Shown here: positions 26,305-39,321 of the stretch, piece after piece
Layout: each line of letters opens with the position of its first letter
How positions within the stretch are numbered: position 1 is the first letter of the stretch
NCBI GenBank assembly: GCA_951406725.2
Contig: OX597824.1
Coordinates: 81,468,001-81,532,000 of the forward strand
Reading direction: 5' to 3'
Length of the DNA stretch: 64,000 nucleotides
Source: Octopus vulgaris
Taxonomy: Eukaryota
The notes under the pieces: generated by a model
Told to the model about the DNA's origin: nothing
Database searches by the model: none
What the model saw: only the letters and a program-made list of their open reading frames with translations
Translations under genes and position numbers: made by a program

Positions 26305-26895
26305 AATAAGGATAAGATCATTATTTAAAATACCGATCTTGTCAGGTAGGCGAGTATGGGAATAAAAATCTCAAAGATAATATTTATTATTAAAATTATA
26401 ATACCACCATGCTCGATATAGCAGCCAAAACGTGTCTCTAAAACCCTATTAAATGTTTAAACATTTAATGTGGTTTTAGAGTCAAGTTTTGGCCGCTTTA
26501 TCAAAATTAGCGTAGACATGATCACCTGGTTAAGAAACTGGCTTTACGAAAACACGTTTGGTTTTAAAAGTTTTTTCGATTTCATAATGCGTCACATTTG
26601 GCAGGTATTATGGCCATAGATTATGTATCAACGAAATGTTTCTAGGTGAAATTTGAAAAACAGAAACTGTGGAGCCAATCGGAGAACTCATTCCTAATCT
26701 TCGGTCGTAGACGCATGGGGTTTTCTGGTCTAACGTTCCGACATTGTTCTTGGATGTCTATGACGTTGGCTTAGGTCTCAAGATAACTACGTGGATCCCT
26801 CTTTTACTTAAGCAATTAAAAAACAGTGTTATATGCATTAAGAAGGAAACCTCTTCGTAATTACATGTACTACTAGAAATGCGAAAAATAAATGT

Positions 26896-27375
26896 CAACC
26901 CCTATCTTGCTCAGAACATTGACCTCCTGGAATCTGTTCAGAGACGTGCAACCAAACGCATACCCTCCATCAGACACCTACCATACTCTGAAGCGCCTTG
27001 TTTCCCTGGGCATGGATTCACTGAAGCTCCGGCGTCTGGCGATGGACTTGGTAAACACCCACAAAGTTATCAACCACCTCACCAACAACAACACTGAACA
27101 CCTTTTTGATCTTCATGTGTCTAACACACGTGGACATGCCTACAAAGTCAGAAAACAGCACAGCTCCCATGACTTTCGGAAACATTTTTTCACGCTCAGA
27201 GTTGCTGAAGCATGGAACAAACTGCCTGCGTCAGTTGTTGACTGCCATGACACTGCATCTTTTAAGGCCCTCATGCTTTCCGAAATCCGCCGAAACTACA
27301 CCTGATTATACATACACTTTAGGTCTGTTGTAGTGCACCTGAGCACTGTACACAATGTTTATTATTATTATTATT
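26896..27375 (+). mobile_element. CR1/L2-group LINE 3' end with (ATT)n tail
   Basis: NPYLAQNIDLLESVQRRATKRIPSIRHLPYSE / RLVSLGMDSLKLRR..TRGHAYK..RKHFFTLRVAEAWNKLP..SFK with one frameshift; 3' hairpin agtgc-acctga-gcact. Confidence 0.9.
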
Positions 27376-27557
27376 TTTATCTTTATGATTATAACTCCAC
27401 CACAATTTTAAGCAAAAAGTGAAAACTTACATAACACTGAATTACGTTTATAGATACCTCTGTATGTCTTTTTTTTTGTGAATTAACACGAATCCCTTTT
27501 TATGGTTATTTGTAACTTTATTTTCTCTTACAAAATCTGTTCATCGTTTTTGAAATT

Positions 27558-27718
27558 TGGCGTAGGAGTGGCTGTGTGGTAAGTAGCTTGCTTACAAACC
27601 ACATAGTTCCGGGTTCAGCCCCACTGCGTGGCACCTTGGGCAAGTGTCTTCTACTATAGCTTCGGGCCGAACAAAGCCTTGTGAGAGGATTTGGTAGACA
27701 GTCGTATATATGTATGTA

Positions 27719-27776
<58 letters not shown>

Positions 27777-28008
27777 TATATATATGTATGCATGTGTGTA
27801 TATATTTGTGTGTCTGTGTTTGTACCCTCAACATCGCTTGACAACCGATGGTGGTGTGTTTACGTTCCCGTACCCTAGCGGTTCGGCAAAAGAGACCGAT
27901 AGAATAAGTACTAGACTTACAAAGAATAAGTCCTGGAGTCGATTTGCTCGACTAAAAGCGGTGGTTCAGCATGGCCACAGTCAAATGACTGAAAAAAGGA
28001 AAAGAGTA
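27558..28008 (+). mobile_element. SINE family A
   Basis: Head-to-tail match with a small deletion before the internal (TA)n. Confidence 0.9.
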
Positions 28009-28161
28009 TATGTTGCCTCTTTTCAAATGTATGCTGACGGAGTGACGCAGTAAAAAAGAGGAAAAGAAGGAATTTATCTGACAACCCACAAATTATATCT
28101 CTCTTAAAATGAAAGGAGACAGGAAGTTATTTGAATGTCTTTCGTCAAAGATTTGCACAAT

Positions 28162-28565
28162 AGGCGCAGGAGTGGCTGTGTGGTAAGTAGCTTGCTAACC
28201 AGCCACATGGTTCCGGGTTCAGTCCCACTGCGTGGCATCTTGGTCAAGTGCTTTCTGCTATAGCCCCGGGCCGACCAATGCCTTGTGAGTGGATTTGGTA
28301 GACGGAAACTGAAATAAGCCTGTCGTATATATGTATATATATATAAGTGTGTGTATATATGTTTGTGTGTCTTTGATTGTCCCCCTAGCATTGCTTGACA
28401 ACCGATGCTGGTGTGTTTACGTCCCCGTAACTTAGCGGTTCGGCAAAAGAGACCGATAGAATAAGTACAGGGCTTACAAAGAATAAGTCCCGGGGTCGAT
28501 TTGCTCGACTAAAGGCTGTGCTCCAGCATGGCCGCTGTCAAATGACTGAAACAAGTAAAAGAGTA
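28162..28565 (+). mobile_element. SINE family A, full length
   Basis: Head-to-tail match. Confidence 0.9.
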
Positions 28566-29013
28566 ATCAAGGCTGACCTGATACTGCTCAGTAGCAACAT
28601 TAACCGTACCACATAGAGAACGTTTACAAATCGTCTTCACTACACAAACTGTGAGAAACATGTAGCACGTGTTATATTTTGTAGTAATTTTTTTCTATTA
28701 ATATGTCAATTTTAATGGCTTAGCGAGAAACTATATAATCAGAGCTAAAGGCCTGTTTTCAGTCTCTCTAGAACAAAAGAAGGAGGCTTATCTCCTGAAA
28801 TGAGACTTGGTTCGAATGTTCACACTAGAGTTTATGTCCTTAAAGCAACCTAAACGTCATGTTAATGTGCCGAATCGAGCTACAGGTTAAGTTTACAACT
28901 CCAAATCAGAAACACGCTTCTTTCAGGCTTCAGTACAGTTTCTACCAAACTTGGTACAAAAAACCTTGGTCGAGCAAATATTATGGTAGAGGACACAAGT
29001 CCTCTACAACAAT

Positions 29014-29437
29014 GGCAGCGAGCTGGCAGAAACGTTAGCACGCCGGGCGAAATGCGTAGCCGTATTTCGTCTGCCGTTACATTCTGAGTTCAAATTCCGC
29101 CGAGGTCGACTTTGCCTTTCATACTTTCGATGATTAAATAAGTACCAGTTACGCACTGGGGTCGATATAATCGACTTAATCCGTTTGTCTGTCCTTGTTT
29201 GTCCCTTCTGTGTTTAGCCCCTTGTGGGTAGTAAAGAAATAGGTATTTCGTCTGCCGCTACGTTCTGAGTTCAAATTCCGCTGAGATCGACTTTGCCTTT
29301 CATCCTTTCGGGGTCGATTAAATAAGTTCCAGTTACGCACTGGAGTCGATATAATCGACTTAATCCGTTTGTCTGTCCTTGTTTGACCCTCTGTGTGTAG
29401 CCCCTTGTAGGCAGTAAAGAAATAGGTATTTCGTCTG
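29014..29437 (+). mobile_element. SINE family C, head plus tandem units of about 182 bp
   Basis: Units 29062-29242 and 29243-29425, plus the start of a third unit, each beginning gtatttcgtctg. Confidence 0.9.
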
Positions 29438-29469
29438 AAAACTCAAGTGCATATGTTGAAATGAAACTT

Positions 29470-29720
29470 GATTACGTCGCTTTCTTTGCACCGTTTTGTT
29501 TGGCGCACTCCCATTCCCGCCTACTGCTATTCTAGCTCGAAGTTCGAACATAAACGAGGCAGCGGGTCTGCGGATATGTACAGGCGGCAGCCGTCGATAT
29601 AAGCCGTTTGCTTGCTAGTACTTCCTCTTAAGAATAAAGTCACCACTTGCGCGCAATCTGCTACAGCGCATCGCTAGAAAAAGCAGATGGACACCTGGTG
29701 TCGCTCGTTCCTGCCCTGAC
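29470..29720. promoter_or_regulatory. CpG-rich promoter-like island with E2F-type sites
   Basis: TTTGGCGC 29499-29506 and TTCCCGCC 29514-29521; locally high CpG. Confidence 0.35.
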
Positions 29721-30210
29721 GATAACAATGATATTTTGTTGATTCTGCCAATAATTATTAGCTTCTCTCAGAGCTCAAGCCACGGAAATGTAAATGTAAG
29801 CTCAAGCCGTAAATAAATGTCTATACACTATTCTAGATGCAACTTGGAGCCGACGGGTAGAAATTATGCATTCGTAATCTTGAGTATTTTGCTGTCAAAC
29901 AATATTCTTCTGCAAGGTAAAACAATATATTACAACATCTCTATTTACATTTCTGAATGATACTGCAACGTAAGTCGTCAAAATAGAGTGTTTCTGTAGC
30001 TAAAGGGAGTACGAACAAGGACTCATTCATACAATGTCTTATGTTGTATTGTCAAATCAAAAGTAGATTTGTAAAGCAAATATGTAGACAGATTATTTTA
30101 ACCAACATGTTGTATTATATCTATGAAAGAGCTAAGTCTACGACTAGCGGCATAAACTATTCAGCATGCAATATTTCATATCTGAATAATCAGCTTACGA
30201 TCCATGATCA

Positions 30211-30269
<59 letters not shown>

Positions 30270-30697
30270 AAAATAAAATACAAAAGGAGGGGTGGTTAGA
30301 GTAGAAATAACTATTGTGGGGAAGTAAAAGGCGAATCAAATGCGGCGAATACATGTTCTTTCAACTTTATCTTTACAGAGGAGATATGAAACGTAACTGA
30401 ATAGATTGTTGAAACGAATTCTCCATTATTGATATATACATACGTAAATATGTATTGAATATATATAAATCTGTATGTGTATGCTTGTTTGTGCATACAC
30501 ATTGTGTTATATAGTCATGCATATATGTATACTGATGTATTATTTTATACGAGTATACATATATATTTTCAGAGACCTCTCATATCTCATCTCTAAAGTT
30601 GAAAAGAACATGTATTGGCCGCCGTACTTGTCTTTTATTCTGAAGTGCACTCATGTCCTAACTAAAAATATATATGTGCATATCTAAGTAATTACAT

Positions 30698-30728
<31 letters not shown>

Positions 30729-30795
30729 GATCCATATATTTGTATTATATATAAACATACATGCATACATACATACATACATATATACATATATG

Positions 30796-30839
<44 letters not shown>

Positions 30840-30846
30840 TTTATAG

Positions 30847-30881
<35 letters not shown>

Positions 30882-30990
30882 AACACATATATACGAATAT
30901 GTAAATATATATATATACATGTAGATTCATATATTTTGTATTATATATAAACATGCATACATACATACATACATACATACATACATACAT

Positions 30991-31088
<98 letters not shown>

Positions 31089-32019
31089 GTGTGTGTGTTC
31101 AGTTATGTATATTATTACTGTATGCACACATTACTATGCTCACATTTGTGTATGACTGTACGTATGGATAGATTTAGACGCAGAGAAAACTATAAATTTA
31201 GGAGCCATTTCATATGCATAAAAGAGTTGTCAGAGCATGAGATAGAACTTGCTTTATTTGATTTTGTTTCCGTAATTCAAAGTTCGAATTTCCCTCATGT
31301 TTGCCCTTCATCTTTTTTCCGAAAACCATCTATATTATACTAGCAACCGAGTTTGTCTACCCATCCGTTCGACGTTCAAACCAAGATATATTTACAAATA
31401 TTTATTTTATTTTATTTTATTTTATTTTATTTTATTTTTGTTATCAGAATTGAAGACAATGCTCATAGCACCACCAACTGGTGCCGCAGATATGGTTTTG
31501 GTTACTCAACCAGCGAGAATCAACAGCTAAGTATTCTTCAACTCTGCCAGATTCAGCATCTAAGCCTTTTCATATCTGTCAGAAAGACCCATCGTGATTA
31601 TGAAAACAGAAGCTTAACTACGTAAAGAACAATTTTATAAAGAATTATCAATATTTTACATTAAGTATGTATATATTTATTGGAATAATATTCGGGTATT
31701 TTATAAGGCAATAGAATACCCGAAGAAGTAATTTTTGTCATATGGTTGGTAGCATAAAATCATTTATTCGTGATATAATATTTATTTTAGTTGAAATATT
31801 TCAGATTTTAGCATAATGAGATCAGAAAATAATCAATACTCAGTTTGTTAAATTATGTGTGTAGAAGAATTTTATTGGTTATAAAAACAATTTGTTATTT
31901 ATGAAATGAATATATAAATAACAAACCATATCAAAGTTACGTATGGCAGTACATGTAATGGGAATTGGTTTACGTACGTTTCATAATTTTCTCTCTTCCT
32001 TTCTATTGCAATTAACGTA

Positions 32020-32262
32020 AGGTAAATTTGCCTTATCGAATCATATCGACTCATAAGGGCCGGTTTCCCGATTCCCCTGGCTCACTCGACGGGACGCCGG
32101 TCCGTCGCTGGATTATCTATTCTTACCCGTTGAGTGGAAGGGTGCTATGTGAAATGAAGTGTTTTGCTCAAGAAAACAACGCATCGCTTGGTTTAGGAAT
32201 CGAAACCACAATCTTACGATCATGAGTCCAACACCCTAACCACTAACCCAAGCACCTCCACT
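32020..32262 (-). mobile_element. SINE with D-like head/CORE-like body and Meta-like tail
   Basis: Minus strand: ggttagtggttagggtgttggactcatgatcg..cttgagcaaaacacttcatttcac..cgacggaccggcgtcccgtc..gggaaaccggccc. Confidence 0.7.
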
Positions 32263-32607
32263 GGAAAAAGTGAAATTTGTGCAGGAGACCACGCAGCGGT
32301 ATCGAACCCCGGACTTAGCGGTTGTTAAACGAACTTCATAGCCATTTAGCACTATCGCATCTACTGGATTCCCTATGTGTTGCAATTTCTGTTGGTTCAA
32401 ACATTTTTTACTCAGCAAATAACCAAATATGGCGGAAAAAGGCAAAATGCTTCGCATAGAAGCAGTAAGAACACAGGAGGGAACAAAGGTACAGAGAATG
32501 GCTGAAACAAAGAAAATTTTAAACAAGCAAATACAGGTTGGAAATGATGTGCTTAAGAACACCATTCTAAAGAACATCGAGAACGGATTTGGCTGAAAAT
32601 GTTGTCT

Positions 32608-32996
32608 GAAGCACTCCGTCGGTTACGACGATGAGGGTTCCGGTTGATCCGAATCAACGGAACAGCCTGCTCGTGAAATTAACGTGTAAGTGGCTGAGCA
32701 CTCCACAGACACGTGCACCCATAACGTAGTTCTCAGGGATATTCAGCGTGACACAGAGATTGACAAGGCCGGCCCCTTGAAATACAGGTACAACAGAAAC
32801 AGGAAGTAAGAGTGGAGTGAGAGAAAGTTGAGGCGAAAGAGTACAACAGGGGTCGCCACCCTCCCCCCCTGCCGGAGCCTCGTGGAGCTTTAGGTGTTTT
32901 CGCTCAATAAACACACACAACGCCCAGTCTGGGAATCGAGACCGCGATCCTCCGACCGCGAGTCCCCTGCCCTAACCACTGGGCCATTGCGCCTTC
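32608..32996 (-). mobile_element. SINE family B, main tail (type 4)
   Basis: Matches 56848-57227. Confidence 0.9.
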
Positions 32997-33878
32997 ACCC
33001 GTTGTACGACATACACGGCTCAAAAGACTTTTGTTATGAGCAGCTTGAGTGTAATTTAAAACAAAATATTGCGTAACAAAGAAAAGCACATAAACAGAGT
33101 ACTTGAAGAGTAGCGAGAACGTTAAGCTGCTCAAAATGCTGGGCCGCATAGATAAAACATGGCAACAAATTTTTTTGGAAGACCAAGGAGGACTATTTCG
33201 ACACAAAAGCCTAAACAGTATTACTACTTTCTGAAGAAAGAACAAAAACGGAAGCAGATCTTAAAACAAAATATTGTGCATCATCATCATCATCAAGCAC
33301 ACCAGCGATTTTTTTTCAAATGAGCGAACAGAATACTTAGAATAGATATAATCGACAAAACAAAGAAGGCTGGCTGAATGTGGTACAACGTCGTGGCACA
33401 CTCAGTCTTAGAAGTAGCTGTCAATTTAATCTGTTATAGTTCTGGTTTAATGGGAATATGAAGAAGCAGTCGTTGTAACACATTGCTGTTGATGGAAAAC
33501 CGCATTGCAGGAACATCGGCCGGTCCTTACTTTGGCATTTGCGGTAAGAACGGAATTTTGTCAGTGAACAGGTCGCGGTCTCAAAGCGACGAAAATATTT
33601 TGAACAAATTGAATTTAAATGTTGAAGTGAATCTAACGGTTTTTGTGTGTTTCTTAAATGGCTTATAAACACCTTCCACGCTGCAATTGTTTTTGTATTC
33701 ATACATACATACATACATACATACATACATACATACATACATACATACATACATACATGCATACATACATACATACATACATACATATACATGTATATCC
33801 ATTCAAAATGAGACCGCGTGTGTACCGTTGGCAATATTTTTTCCTCAGTCTTCCCTTCTCTGGATCTTTCCTTCTCCT

Positions 33879-33913
33879 GTTTCCGACGAAGAGCTCCGCT
33901 CGAAACGTTAAAC
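33879..33913 (+). ncRNA. Minimal hammerhead, CCGACGA (U4C) core
   Basis: gttt-CCGACGA-a-gagc(tcc)gctc-GAAAC-GTT-aaac; all stems pair. Confidence 0.7.
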
Positions 33914-33997
33914 CCTCCTTCTTCCCTTCCTTCCTGAGCGTTCAACAATACTATATTTGTTCCACGTCCTCGCGTTGTTGTGTTTTCATGTTTGGAT

Positions 33998-34057
<60 letters not shown>

Positions 34058-34093
34058 ATCCAAACATGAAAACACAACAACGCGAGGACGTGG

Positions 34094-34148
<55 letters not shown>

Positions 34149-34353
34149 CGGAGATGTACTCGCATAGCAAGTAATTTGATCTGAGATCGTGTGCTGAAAC
34201 GAAAACAATTGCAGCGTGGAAGGTGTTTATAAGCCATTTAAGAAACACACAAAAGCCGTTCGATTCACTCCAACATTTAAGTTTAATTTGTCAAAATATT
34301 TTCGTTGCTAAAATCCGCGACCTGTTCACTGACAAAGTCCGTGCAGCACGGAC

Positions 34354-34403
34354 TTTGTCAGTGAACAGGTCGCGGATTTTAGCGACGAAAATATTTTGAC
34401 AAA
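34354..34403 (+). ncRNA. Minimal hammerhead-like motif with G3:C8 swapped core
   Basis: tttgtca-GTGAACA-g-gtcgc(ggatttta)gcgac-GAAA-atat-TT-tgacaaa; 7-bp stem I, 5-bp stem II, palindromic AATATT stem III. Confidence 0.7.
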
Positions 34404-35167
34404 TAAACTTAAATGTTGGAGTGAATCGAACGGCTTTTGTGTGTTTCTTAAATGGCTTATAAACACCTTCCACGCTGCAATTGTATATATATATATATAT
34501 AGCATGAAATTTTGTCAATGAACAGGTAACGGCCTCAGAGCGACGAAAATATTTTGACGAATTAAATCTAAATGCTGATGTGAATCTAACGGTTTTTGTG
34601 TGTTTCTTAAATGCCTTATAAACACCTTCCACGCTGCAATTGTTTTCGTTCCAGCACATGATCTCAGATCAGGTCATTTGCTATGCAAGTACATCTCCGT
34701 AACTTATTCAGTTCGTACTCTACAAATGCACCAGATTTACTTAATGAATTACAGCAATTGTTCATACTTGATATAGCAGAAGCAAAATATTACAAAAGAA
34801 GCATTCGGTGCTTCAACATTATAGCTATGTGTAGCATCAAAACAAACGATGCTACACTCGCATGTGACATTTCCACATTTTGAATCAGCTGAGTTGTTTA
34901 TAAATTTTTTGGTGCTCGAAGAAATACTGTCAACATGTCTCTAGATTTACGCACTAACCTGTCTGTACAGTTTACAGTTATCATTCGGAAGAATAAATCT
35001 GACAGTAAATACAGAAACCAGCTGCAGGGGTAATTGAAGAGAAGGACTTGATACTATTATTTTCCGTATGTTTCATTCCTCTGTAGTTTCAACAAGCAAC
35101 AGTTATTCGCAATAATACTTGTCTGTTCAAAAACAAATCGATGGCAGCACAAATCCAAAGACTGCTT

Positions 35168-35580
35168 CTTATTTTTTTAATGTCCACAAGGCGCTAAAAA
35201 TAGAGTGGACAAACAAGGACAAACAAAGGGATTAAGTCGATTACATCGACCCGAGTGCGTAGCTGGTACTTAATTTATCGACCCCGAAAGGATGAAAAGC
35301 AAAGTCGACCTCGGCGGAATTTGAACTCAGAACGTAGCGGCAGACGAAATACCTATTTCTTTACTACACACAAAGGACTACACACAGAGGGGACAAACAA
35401 GGACAGACAAAACGGATTAAGTCGATTATATCGACCCCAGTACGTAACTGGTACTTATTATCGACTCCAAAAGGATGAAAGGTAAAGTCGACCTCAGCGG
35501 AATTTGAATTCAGAACGTAACGGCAGACGAAATATCGCAAAACTTTTCGTCCGGCGCGCCAACGTTTCTGTCAGCTCGCT
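35168..35580 (-). mobile_element. SINE family C tandem dimer
   Basis: Same aaagaaatag|gtatttcgtctg junction (35353/35352 on the minus strand). Confidence 0.9.
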
Positions 35581-36602
35581 GTTTTTGTTTGATTACATGT
35601 TAACAAGAAAACCAGGTGGCTAAGAATCCAGGAGTCACAACTTACCTACATGCAATGAGATTGCTGTACGGATAACTGCTAACGACGAAGATATCTATGC
35701 AACTGCTATAGTCATGTTAAGTTAGCTCCCGTAATGCTTCTCAAAAACTTAGATCTCTGATACGACCTCTTCAATTGTACACGATACACAGGTTCTCAGT
35801 GCTACACACGATTTACTAACTGACAGCAAAATCAACGGGGTTGAAGCTGGAGAGATACATGTGATTCGCGTGATTTCTCAACAGCCGTTTCACACCTAGT
35901 TACCATTCACTCTAAATAGATGCGATTTACTGTTAGACCTGCTTTCGAGTTGTCGAATAATAAAAGTCAAGGACTACGTTTAAAATGTTCCGATTGTATC
36001 TTCCTTATCTGTGTTCAAATATACTGCTACTAGCAGAGTGGCTGTTCCAACAAATCTGGTGTTATTTGCAGATCGAAGAGAATTTCTTTTTATAGTAAGA
36101 AAGACATATTATTATGATGAATTCAGAAACTTAACTAGGAAATTAGTTTATAGAGAAGACATTCACGTAAATATAAATATCGTAGAAAGTAGGCATATAC
36201 TGTGTTTGCGGAATAGAAAATAAAGTAATTTAAAAATAAACGCTTTTAGTTAAACAATATTAAACAATTATTTATTCAACTTAGAGTAAGTATTACAACC
36301 TAATTGTCAAAAATTTACCCAATTAGGAACACATAAATTTGATCTTTCTGAAACTTGGAAATAGAAGTAAAGTTGTAAATACGTTTCAAATTCTAACAAA
36401 GATTCTTTGTTATTAAACTGGTTATATTTTATATTAAAATTAGAGTTTCGAATGCACAAACAATTTAGATTCAATATTTTGCGTTTTTTGACGTCAGCAA
36501 AGAGGGGTGATTTCCGCCTCTAAGCATTTCAATAGGCGTAAATCACGTCTCTGTCGCACTGATAGGATGTACCAAATGCGGATCAAAACAGCAGCAACTG
36601 TT

Positions 36603-36634
<32 letters not shown>

Positions 36635-36820
36635 TGTGGGTGAGTAAATAGTTATGTATGTGTATACACACACACACACACTCACACGCACACACACACA
36701 CACATACACACACACACACATATCAAATGTTGCTGATTGTCGATAAATTGATTATTTGATACACACACTCATACGTTTTCACACACGAACATACACGGAA
36801 ATGCATATATAAGTAGTTTG

Positions 36821-37456
<636 letters not shown>

Positions 37457-37610
37457 AGTATACTACCTAATCGATAAAATGTAAGACATGAGGTGGGGAA
37501 AGTCAATGAAAATTCATAAAACGACTTCGTTGTTGAAAAGATTGACTGATGAAAGGGAATTTGTTAGTGATGTCTGTGTATAAGAGTGAATGAACAGGAA
37601 AGATATATAG

Positions 37611-37649
<39 letters not shown>

Positions 37650-38073
37650 TGCATCGAGCATGTAAGGGAAAGATTGGAAGAGAGAGAGATAGTAAGGATA
37701 ATCGGAGAGAGGGTTATATAGCGTGTTGAGAATTGTAGATAGGAGGAATGGGAAGAGAGGAGGGCTCCGAATAAACATGAGGTGTTATATAAAAGGGGAG
37801 TCAGCGAGAGAGAATGTGAGTGAGATAGTCAGATACTTGGGGAAAGGTGAAATAGAGAGAGAGAGAGAGGGAGAGACAGAGAGAGAAGGCACCTGGACAT
37901 TAAATGAAAAAGAGAGGTAGAGAGTGCATACAGAGAAAGAAGAAGAGGAGAGAGAGAGAGAGAGAGAGAGAGGAGGGGAGGAAAATAGATAAAGTAAGAG
38001 ATACGAATGAAGAAGCTGGGAGCTCAGAGGAAGGGGAATAAAGTGAAAGAGAGAAAGGATAGAGAAGATGCTT

Positions 38074-38114
<41 letters not shown>

Positions 38115-38457
38115 GCGAGGGAACATAGAAAGAGAGAAAGACACAGAACAGAGGTATAGTGATTGAGAGACGCAGGGAAAGAAGCCGGGAGATGTGAAAA
38201 GTGAGGACCAGGAAGTGAGAGACTCTAAAATTTAAAATAAAGACACACGAATGGGGATAAGGGAGAAAGTGATAAAGAAAGAAAGGAATGCGCGCGCACG
38301 CGCGTAACAGACAAAGAAAGAAAGAGTGGGGAGAAAGACAGAGATCGAGAGACGGGGCAGAGTCCAAAATAGAACGAGAAAGTAATGAAAGAAGAATGTT
38401 TTTAAAATTAGCGAAGGACAGAGGAATCATGATAGGAGTAAAGTTTTGCAGCTAATA

Positions 38458-38508
<51 letters not shown>

Positions 38509-38593
38509 GTATGTATGTATGTGTGTGTGTCTGTGATTCAACAGTCTCTCTATCTGGTACAATAGAAGGGTCAGTCTCCTATATTATTTACAC

Positions 38594-39050
38594 AGGAGGA
38601 AGTGTCATGGTTTGGGGCATGATATCTGGAGATGTTGTGGGCCCTTTGGTACGATTACATGGAAAGGTAAAATGCAGGAGTTTATAAACAACTTGTAAAA
38701 GATCATGTCTTGCCTGTGCTGAGAAATTCAACTAAGCGACCACCCATATTCATGCAGGACAATGCCCCATGTCACAAGGCTAAGGTGGTCATGAACTTCC
38801 TCAAGGCTGAAAAGGTTATTGTTATGGATTGGCCAGCTCAAAGCCCAGACCTCAGTCCTATTGAAAATATGTGGAATATTCTAGGAGAACGTTTGAAAAC
38901 CAGAAATCCTAAAACAACCGAGCAATTATGGAATGCCCTTCAGGAAGAATGGAATAAGATAACCCAGCAAGAAATTGAAAATTTAATTTCCCCATGCAGT
39001 CGAAAATGTCAAACTTTGATTGAAGCTAAAGGGCTTCACACTAAATATGA
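38594..39050 (+). pseudogene. Tc1 DD34E transposase catalytic-domain remnant (frameshifted)
   Basis: GGSVMVWGMIS..; IFMQDNAPCHKAK..MDWPAQSPDLSPIENMW..LQEEWNKI..EAKGLHTKY. Confidence 0.92.
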
Positions 39051-39321
39051 AATAATTCCAGCATTCTCTGTCACTTTTTGATTATTTTGTTATTTTTTCA
39101 ACCGTTCTGATCATTTTGGCCACCATGGGTTATGCAGTAAATCACTATATCATCCATAACTTTTGTATTATCCACTCAAATTACACCAAAATCTCAGACA
39201 ATACCAATTAGTATGTATTTATTGTCTGTGAAAATTATAGAATATAAAACAACTTTAATAAAAACTTATACCTACTTTTCTGACAAAAACAATGCCGTTC
39301 TGAAAATTTTGGCCGCAACTG
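38594..39321 (+). mobile_element. Tc1-family element 3' half with IR/DR-type terminal repeat
   Basis: Transposase remnant; ends ccgttctgaaaattttggccgcaactg|TA; inner repeat ccgttctgatcattttggcc at 39102-39121. Confidence 0.9.

Larger units (their letters stand above)
33548..34703. mobile_element. Cluster of direct and inverted Penelope-like pLTR fragments (two families) separated by microsatellites
   Basis: Unit repeated at 33548-33695 (+), 34147-34344 (-), 34346-34484 (+) and 34503-34703 (+); second family at about 33800-34103. Confidence 0.8.

Noticed and set aside
29062-29437. Regularly spaced repeats as a CRISPR-like array
   Set aside because: Whole units are repeated with no unique spacers; eukaryotic SINE multimer.
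30720-31090. Tandem duplication of about 195 bp within microsatellites
   Set aside because: Real but ordinary slippage/unequal-exchange product.
32429-33420. 55-aa ORF MAEKGKMLRIE.. and downstream RTE-like peptide traces
   Set aside because: No recognisable domain; possibly a very old LINE split by a SINE, but too degraded to call.
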